13,988 bases of DNA from Arcobacter sp. (GTDB lineage Bacteria > Campylobacterota > Campylobacteria > Campylobacterales > Arcobacteraceae). Made by a program: the position numbers and the translations under genes. Positions 8,708-13,988 of the stretch are shown here, piece after piece (the first letter of the stretch is position 1; the number at the start of each line of letters is the position of its first letter). The notes under the pieces were generated by a model. It was not told the DNA's origin. It worked only from the letters and a program-made list of their open reading frames with translations, and ran no database searches. The stretch spans positions 1 through 13,988 of the forward strand of contig CBFIGT010000060.1 of NCBI GenBank assembly GCA_965662175.1. The letters are read 5' to 3'.

Positions 8708-8766
8708 AAATTTTACTTTCTAGTAAATTTTTGAAATATTTTAAATTTTAAAATGTAAAAGTTAAA

Positions 8767-8985
8767 TTAATTTTGTAAAATTTTATTTTGAAGTCTTTCA
8801 ATATCTGCAAGTGTAGTTTTATGAACACTTTTATCTCTATTTTTTAAAGATATTTTTGCAGCTTGATATTTGTCAGAAGAAGCATAAGTTTTAATTGCCT
8901 GATAATTTGAAGAGTTTTTAAATTCTGAAACTTTTTGTAATATATCTGGTTCTATATTTTGTTTTAAATAATCTTCTAAACTCAT
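8767..8985 (-). CDS. Small hypothetical protein (72 aa), candidate antitoxin/partner of the upstream zeta-like gene
   Basis: Strong AGGAG RBS 7 nt before the ATG; ATGA overlap with the upstream stop; own extended -10 at 9040-9048. No family recognised. Confidence 0.7.
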   Translation of the reverse strand: MSLEDYLKQNIEPDILQKVSEFKNSSNYQAIKTYASSDKYQAAKISLKNRDKSVHKTTLADIERLQNKILQN

Positions 8986-9021
8986 AAAATTTCTCCTGCT
9001 AATAAAATATAGAATTGTTTT
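8962..9021. repeat. 60-bp direct repeat, copy 1 (leader, RBS and first 8 codons of the 72-aa ORF)
   Basis: Matches 9438-9497 at 57/60 positions; mismatches at 8977/9453, 8993/9469 and 9011/9487. Confidence 0.95.
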
Positions 9022-9342
9022 TCATCTACATCTTCGTGAATTATATCATTTTCTCTATCAAAAATATTTAAAATGATAGCATCTTGAAAAATTGATTTAA
9101 TAAGTAATGTTGTATCAAATGAATTTTTAAAGCTATTTTTGACAACTTCTAGAGGAACTTTTTTTTTGTAATAGATTCTCTTTTCTACTTATTGCATATT
9201 CAGTTTTACCTGCTCCACTTGCACCGGCTGTAAAAATTGCAGTTTTTATGTTTTGAACTTCATAGCTATTTAAATATTTTTCTAAAAAATCTTTCTTGTT
9301 CTCTTTTAAATAATTTAAAGCTTCTTCTTCAATTTTATTCAT
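8982..9342 (-). pseudogene. Zeta-toxin-like P-loop kinase, frameshifted and apparently internally deleted
   Basis: The 5' frame (9342-9133) has the Walker A motif IFTAGASGAGKTE. After an A9 tract (9159-9167) a second frame continues VPLEVVKNSFKNSFDTTLLIKSIFQDAIILNIFDRENDIIHEDVDEKQFYILLAGEIL to TGA at 8984-8982. The total is only about 119 codons, with no central IDxD or D[GS]T motifs. Confidence 0.72.
9040..9048 (-). promoter_or_regulatory. Internal extended -10 promoter (TGATATAAT) inside the zeta-like gene, pointing at the 72-aa ORF
   Basis: ATTATATCA on the plus strand at 9040-9048, 55 nt upstream of the ATG at 8985. The same 9-mer precedes uup and the response regulator. Confidence 0.5.
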
Positions 9343-9437
9343 GATTAAAAAACGATGCCTTTCTATAATACCTATTAAAAATATTTAAAGTATATCGTAA
9401 ATCAATATAAACTCTTTAATAGCTTTTATTACTATTA

Positions 9438-9497
9438 TTTTAAATAATCTTCAAAACTCATAAAATTTATCCTGCTAATAAAATATTGAATTGTTTT
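9438..9497. repeat. 60-bp direct repeat, copy 2 (intergenic)
   Basis: 57/60 identical to 8962-9021, offset 476 nt. On the minus strand it reads AGGA..ATG MSFEDYLK, then TAA TAG TAA TAA. Confidence 0.95.
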
Positions 9498-9559
9498 ATT
9501 ATTAAAATATTAATTTTTGTAAAATAAAGTAAAATTATTAGTCTACTATAACTTTATTT

Positions 9560-9579
9560 TGTTATCATAAGCATAGGAG
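9560..9579 (+). promoter_or_regulatory. Extended -10 (TGTTATCAT 9560-9568) and RBS (AGGAG 9575-9579) of the Cache-PAS-GGDEF gene
   Basis: Near-consensus TGnTATcAT, and an SD sequence 5 nt before the ATG at 9585. Confidence 0.55.
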
Positions 9580-9584
9580 TTTTT

Positions 9585-11459
9585 ATGTTTAGTAGATTAT
9601 ATTTAAAATTCTTTTTATTGTTTTTAGTTTTTGGTTTTTTTATTATTTTAGCTATTTATTTTGTAAATAAAGAGGTTTTAAAGTCAAATCTTGATTATGA
9701 AAAAGCTACTTTTGCTTTCTCTTTATATAAATTAAAATCTTATAATTTAGAAAAAACAATAGAAGAGGCAAAGGTTAATATTAATTCATTATTAGCTGAT
9801 GATGCACTTTTAGACTATTTAAACAAAGATAATAGTGATAAAATAGAAAAAATATTTTATGATTTTGTTTTAGCTAAAAGTGAGATTTTTCAAATTAGAC
9901 TTTTAGATATTAAAGGAAATGAAAGAGTAAGAGTTCATAAATATTTTAAAGATGAAAAACCTGAAATAGTACCAGCTTCTGAATTGCAAAATAAAGCAAA
10001 TAGTGATTATTTTAAAAACACAATCAATGATAAAGATGAAAAAATCCATGTTTCTGAGTTTAATTTAAATGTGGAAAAAGGAGAGATTCAAAAGCCTTAT
10101 ATTCCAACTATAAGACTTAGTAGAAGTATTTATAAAAATGGTGAAAAAAAAGGAATTATTGTTTTTAATATAAATATGAATAAGTTTATAAATAGTTTTA
10201 AATCTTTTTCAAATTTTGACACTTATTTAATTGATAAAGATGGATATTTTCTTATACATGAAGATAAAAACAAAGAGTGGAGTAATATTTTAAATAGAAA
10301 ATATAGCATTAAAGATGAAGTAAGTGATATAGTTTTATTAAGTAAAATATTTAATAATGAGGTCAATAATAGTAACTTTATTTATACTTTTTCTTTAGAA
10401 AATATTTTAAATAATAAGCAAGGTTTAAAGCTAGTATTTAAACCTAAAGAGTCTGTTGTTGAAGTTAGTATCAAACTTTTAAGTGTGGTAGTTCCATTTA
10501 TAATCATTTTAGGTTTAATTCTAGCTATTTATCCTACGAAAATTAGGGAGAAGCTTTTAAAAACAATTGAAAAAAATGAAAAAAATCTTGCAATTATAAA
10601 TCAAAATGTTGCCATGTCTATAGCCAATGAAAATGGTAAAATTTTGGAAGTTAATGATGCCTTTTGTGAATTAACAAGTTATTCAAGGGCTGAACTAATA
10701 AATAATCCTCATAATTTATTAAAAAGTGGAAATACAAAAGTTGAAGTTTATGAAAACTTATGGAAAACAATTAGATCAGGTAAAGTTTGGATAGGTGAAT
10801 TAGAAAATCTTAAAAAGAATGGACAAACATATTGGATTGATTTAAGAATAGAACCTAGAATAAATGAGTACACAAATAATCTAGAGTTTGTTTCAATAGT
10901 TAGAAATATTACTGATAAAAAATTAATGGAAAAATTAGCACAAACAGATAGTTTAACAAATTTATATAATAGGGTAAGATTAGATTCAGAATTAAAAAAA
11001 CAGCTATACAATGTACAAAGATATAATACAAATGTTTCCATAATGCTTTTAGATATAGATCACTTTAAAAAAGTAAATGATACTTATGGGCATAATATTG
11101 GAGATAGTGTTTTAATTGAGTTTGCAAATATTTTGAAAAGTTCTGTTAGAACAAGTGATATTGTTGGTAGATGGGGAGGAGAAGAGTTTATTATTATTTC
11201 ACCTGAAACAACAAAAGAGGATATGTTTACATTAGCTACAAAAATAAAAGAGAGTATTGCAAAATATAACTTTACAGTTGTTGGTAACAAAACAGTTAGT
11301 ATAGGCATTTCTCAAATAAAAGAGATAGATGGCTCAGAAAAAGATGCTGTTAAAAGAGCAGATGAAGCACTATATTATGCAAAATCAAATGGAAGAAATA
11401 GAGTTGAGAGTGAAGAAACTATTTTAAATAAAATTATTGAAAATAATTATATAATTTAG
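9585..11459 (+). CDS. Membrane-bound sensor diguanylate cyclase (TM-dCache-TM-PAS-GGEEF)
   Basis: Hydrophobic N-terminal segment, then a periplasmic Cache-like region (QIRLLDIKGNERVRV, LQNKANSDYF, NLNVEKGEIQKPYIPTIR, YLIDKDGYFLIH). Second TM segment LLSVVVPFIIILGLILAIY and a PAS domain. Cyclase motifs TDSLTNLYNR, DIDHFKKVNDTYGH and RTSD-IVGRWGGEEF. Confidence 0.92.
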   Translation: MFSRLYLKFFLLFLVFGFFIILAIYFVNKEVLKSNLDYEKATFAFSLYKLKSYNLEKTIEEAKVNINSLLADDALLDYLNKDNSDKIEKIFYDFVLAKSEIFQIRLLDIKGNERVRVHKYFKDEKPEIVPASELQNKANSDYFKNTINDKDEKIHVSEFNLNVEKGEIQKPYIPTIRLSRSIYKNGEKKGIIVFNINMNKFINSFKSFSNFDTYLIDKDGYFLIHEDKNKEWSNILNRKYSIKDEVSDIVLLSKIFNNEVNNSNFIYTFSLENILNNKQGLKLVFKPKESVVEVSIKLLSVVVPFIIILGLILAIYPTKIREKLLKTIEKNEKNLAIINQNVAMSIANENGKILEVNDAFCELTSYSRAELINNPHNLLKSGNTKVEVYENLWKTIRSGKVWIGELENLKKNGQTYWIDLRIEPRINEYTNNLEFVSIVRNITDKKLMEKLAQTDSLTNLYNRVRLDSELKKQLYNVQRYNTNVSIMLLDIDHFKKVNDTYGHNIGDSVLIEFANILKSSVRTSDIVGRWGGEEFIIISPETTKEDMFTLATKIKESIAKYNFTVVGNKTVSIGISQIKEIDGSEKDAVKRADEALYYAKSNGRNRVESEETILNKIIENNYII

Positions 11460-12340
11460 TGTTCTTCGTTGCTATCTAAATCATCATATGGATCCATATG
11501 AATGTTTATTACCCAGTGTTTATCTCTATCTATTTTTCTGATTTTATTTTCAATTCTATCAGTTATTTTATGAGCTTCCATAAGAGTAATTAGACAATCA
11601 AAAACTAAATGTACATCTACAAATATCTGATTACCTGCTTCTCTTGTTTTAAGTAAGTGATAGGTATTTACTCTCTCTTCTGATATAAGATGTTTTTTTA
11701 TAGTTTGAACTGTTTCTTCTTCAACTGATTTATCAAGTAAAACTAAAACTCCACTTTGTATTAGTTCATAAGCTGAGTAGATAATAAATAGTGAAATTCC
11801 ACCACCAACTATTACATCTACTAATTCATAACCTGTTATGTTTACTAAAACTAAGGATACTAAAACAGCTGCATTTGTATAAACATCTGTTTTATAGTGT
11901 AAGGCATCAGCTTTTATTACCATATTATTTGTTTTTTTCGCAACATAATTTAAGTACATAACTAAACTAATTGTGATAACTAATGAAATAATCATTACTA
12001 TTAATGATAAATCTAAGTATTTAGAAACCTCGCCATTTATAGCTTTTTCAATAGCTTGATATAATAAAAAAAGACCTGAAAGGGTGATTATAGTACCTTC
12101 AATAACAGAAGCTAAAGCCTCTATTTTACCTCTTCCATAGTTGAAGTCTTTATCAGCTGGTTTTTCTGAGTTGGATATTGCAAAGTAATTAAAGAGTGAT
12201 ACAAACATATCTAAAACTGAGTCAACTGCAGATGCTAAAACTGCAACTGACCCACTAGCAATTCCAATTACTAATTTTATTAGCGTAAGAATTGCTGCAA
12301 CACTAGTAGAAACAACCGTTGCTTTTTTTTGTAAAGTCAT
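11456..12340 (-). CDS. fieF: Cation diffusion facilitator (CDF) transporter, FieF/YiiP-like
   Basis: Several TM helices; SGSVAVLASAVDSVLD (DxxxD); KPADKDFNYGRGKIEALA; ADALHYKTD (HxxxD); C-terminal domain VDVHL...AH.I.D.IE...IHMDP. Confidence 0.88.
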   Translation of the reverse strand: MTLQKKATVVSTSVAAILTLIKLVIGIASGSVAVLASAVDSVLDMFVSLFNYFAISNSEKPADKDFNYGRGKIEALASVIEGTIITLSGLFLLYQAIEKAINGEVSKYLDLSLIVMIISLVITISLVMYLNYVAKKTNNMVIKADALHYKTDVYTNAAVLVSLVLVNITGYELVDVIVGGGISLFIIYSAYELIQSGVLVLLDKSVEEETVQTIKKHLISEERVNTYHLLKTREAGNQIFVDVHLVFDCLITLMEAHKITDRIENKIRKIDRDKHWVINIHMDPYDDLDSNEEH

Positions 12341-12345
12341 AATAT

Positions 12346-13518
12346 TTAGTAGTTCTCGTTTACAAATTTTTCTATTCTAGCAATTCCTTTTAGAATAGTG
12401 TCTAAATCTGTAGCAAAAGAGAATCTAAAATAACCCTCAGTACCAAATGCAAGTCCAGGTACAAGAGCTACTCCCTCTTTTTCTAATAAATCAGAACAAA
12501 ACTTCATAGAGTCATTTGTAACTTCTTTAATATTTACAAAAAGGTAAAATGCACCATCTGGTTTAACACAAGAGATACCTTTGATTGCATTAAATTTTTC
12601 AATTGCAACATCTCTTCTTTTTTCAAACTCTTTTCTCATAATCTCAATAGTATCATCAGCTTTACCCTCTAAGGCACAAATAGCTGCATATTGAGTAATT
12701 GAGTTTACATTTGAAGTACATTGACCTTGTAGTTTAGTCATAGCTTTTACTAAAGCTTTATGTGGAGTTGCTAAATATCCAAATCTCCAACCAGTCATTG
12801 CAACTGCTTTACTTAGTCCATTTATTGTAACTGTTCTTTTAAACATATCTTCACTAACTTCAGCAGCTGTACAGAATTTTTTACCATCAAACATGATTTT
12901 TTCGTACATCTCATCAGAGAATACTAAAATATCAGTTCCCTCTAATACTTTTCCAATAGCTGTTAACTCTTCTTTAGTATAAACAGCACCTGTAGGATTT
13001 GAAGGTGTATTTAAAAGTAAAACTCTTGTTTTTGGTGTAATAGCTGCTTTTACTTGTTCAGCTGTTACTTTAAATGATGTTGAATCATCAGTTTCAATAA
13101 ATACAGGAACACCATCTGAGTATTTTACTTGCTCAGGATATGTAACCCAATATGGTGCTGGAATAATAACTTCATCTCCCTCTTCAATTAATACTTGAAA
13201 AAGGTTGTATAAGGAATGTTTTGCACCATTAGAGATAATAATTTCATCTAATTCATAGCTTAAACCATGATCTCTTTTTAATTTATTTATAATTGCTTGT
13301 TTTGTTTCAGTGATACCTTCAACAGCGGTATATTTCGTATGACCATCTTCAATAGCCTTTATTGCAGCTTGTTTTACGATATCAGGTGTATTAAAATCTG
13401 GTTCCCCAGCACTAAAACTTAAAATGTCTCTACCTTGTGCTTTTAGTTCTCTTCCTAAAGCAGTAATAGCCATTGTAACTGACGGAGATAAGTTCTCCAT
13501 TCTTTTTGCAATTTTCAT
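12346..13518 (-). CDS. aspC: PLP-dependent class I/II aminotransferase (aspartate aminotransferase, 390 aa)
   Basis: SFSAGEPDFNTP, NTPSNPTG, SDEMYE, GLSKAVAMTGWRFGY (PLP Lys), PDGAFY and RFSFAT motifs. Start moved to the ATG at 13518 (MKIAKRM) because a GAGGG RBS lies at 13524-13528. Confidence 0.9.
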   Translation of the reverse strand: MKIAKRMENLSPSVTMAITALGRELKAQGRDILSFSAGEPDFNTPDIVKQAAIKAIEDGHTKYTAVEGITETKQAIINKLKRDHGLSYELDEIIISNGAKHSLYNLFQVLIEEGDEVIIPAPYWVTYPEQVKYSDGVPVFIETDDSTSFKVTAEQVKAAITPKTRVLLLNTPSNPTGAVYTKEELTAIGKVLEGTDILVFSDEMYEKIMFDGKKFCTAAEVSEDMFKRTVTINGLSKAVAMTGWRFGYLATPHKALVKAMTKLQGQCTSNVNSITQYAAICALEGKADDTIEIMRKEFEKRRDVAIEKFNAIKGISCVKPDGAFYLFVNIKEVTNDSMKFCSDLLEKEGVALVPGLAFGTEGYFRFSFATDLDTILKGIARIEKFVNENY

Positions 13519-13595
13519 TATTTCCCTCAATATAATTTTTATTATATTACTATATAATACTTGGGATTTTAACAAAAAATTACTTAAGGAATTGT

Positions 13596-13988
13596 TTGAT
13601 TTTCACAGTTGATATAGATACAAAAAAGATTAATATAAAATTAATAAATAAAAGAAGCGTTAAACATTGCTATTTAAGGATAGTTGAGAATAGTATGTTA
13701 CAAATAACAGCAAATATTTATTTTACAAAAGATGATGCAAAAAAATTAGTTGAAAATAAAAAAAATTGGATTTTAAAGCATTTAAATAAGAGTAGTAACT
13801 CTTTAGGTGAGGGCGAATATTGTTATTTGGGAAAAATTTATAAAAGTCAATTTTTAGATGAAAAAGGGATTATAGAATTTTACAAAGATAAAGTACATGA
13901 AATTATAACTCCAATAGTAAAAGAAAAATCTGAAATTATGCAACTTTATCCAATTAGTTTAAAGTATAGAAACAACAAATCAAGATGG
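13596..13988 (+). CDS. YgjP/DUF45 (M48/SprT-like) family protein, 5' part, truncated by the window end
   Basis: AAGGA RBS (13586-13590) and TTG at 13596. Manual translation MIFTVDIDTKKINIKLINKRSVKHCYLRIVENSMLQITANIYFTKDDAKKLVENKKNWILKHL...YLGKIY...MQLYPISLKYRNNKSRW is open for 131 codons. It ends at the start of the family's KSRWGSC motif. Not in the ORF track. Confidence 0.82.
   Translation, partial: MIFTVDIDTKKINIKLINKRSVKHCYLRIVENSMLQITANIYFTKDDAKKLVENKKNWILKHLNKSSNSLGEGEYCYLGKIYKSQFLDEKGIIEFYKDKVHEIITPIVKEKSEIMQLYPISLKYRNNKSRW

Noticed and set aside
9133..9342. 69-aa ORF as a complete gene
   Set aside because: It has only a Walker A motif, and coding-like sequence continues in another frame to 8982; treated as part of a pseudogene.
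8962..9497. 60-bp repeat pair as a DGR template/variable repeat or a CRISPR array
   Set aside because: Only two copies 476 nt apart, three mismatches not confined to adenines of one copy, and no reverse transcriptase or cas gene in the window.
8766..9525. ATTAATTTT(T)GTAAAAT at 8766-8781 and 9509-9525 as attachment sites bounding the zeta module
   Set aside because: Short, almost all AT, needs an indel, and no integrase nearby; cannot be told from chance without an empty-site genome.
10748..11041. 97-aa minus-strand ORF
   Set aside because: Antisense shadow inside the sensor cyclase gene.
11084..11308. 74-aa minus-strand ORF
   Set aside because: Antisense to the GGDEF domain; its NSSPP is the usual reverse reading of GGEEF.
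13519..13575. 19-aa N-terminal extension of the aminotransferase in the ORF track
   Set aside because: The RBS (GAGGG) and family-like N-terminus point to the ATG at 13518; the extension runs through the divergent promoter region.
13424..13612. 62-aa plus-strand ORF
   Set aside because: Antisense to the aminotransferase 5' end, and overlaps the better-supported YgjP-family start at 13596.
1..13988. tRNA, rRNA or riboswitch (including c-di-GMP riboswitch)
   Set aside because: Intergenic regions are short and extremely AT-rich with no GC-rich structured segment; an Infernal/Rfam scan would be needed to exclude them formally.

Overview
Very AT-rich bacterial chromosomal DNA. Gene content, TGnTATAAT promoters and AGGA ribosome-binding sites suggest Campylobacterota, probably Arcobacteraceae (inference). 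A minus-strand set of housekeeping-type genes (aspartate aminotransferase, FieF-like CDF transporter, uup ABC-F, yqeY, cytoplasmic diguanylate cyclase) is interleaved with plus-strand signalling genes: a CBS-PAS-GGDEF-EAL protein, an OmpR-family regulator lacking the phospho-acceptor Asp, and a Cache-PAS-GGDEF cyclase. Two partial genes missing from the ORF track lie at the edges: an IS1380-family transposase with its probable left end (1-355) and a YgjP/DUF45-family gene (13596->13988). The most unusual part is 8767-9497. A frameshifted, internally deleted zeta-toxin-like gene overlaps (ATGA) a 72-aa ORF, which also has its own promoter inside the toxin gene. A 57/60-identical copy of that ORF's leader, RBS and first 8 codons lies upstream of the module. 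All family calls come from motif recognition; no searches were run.
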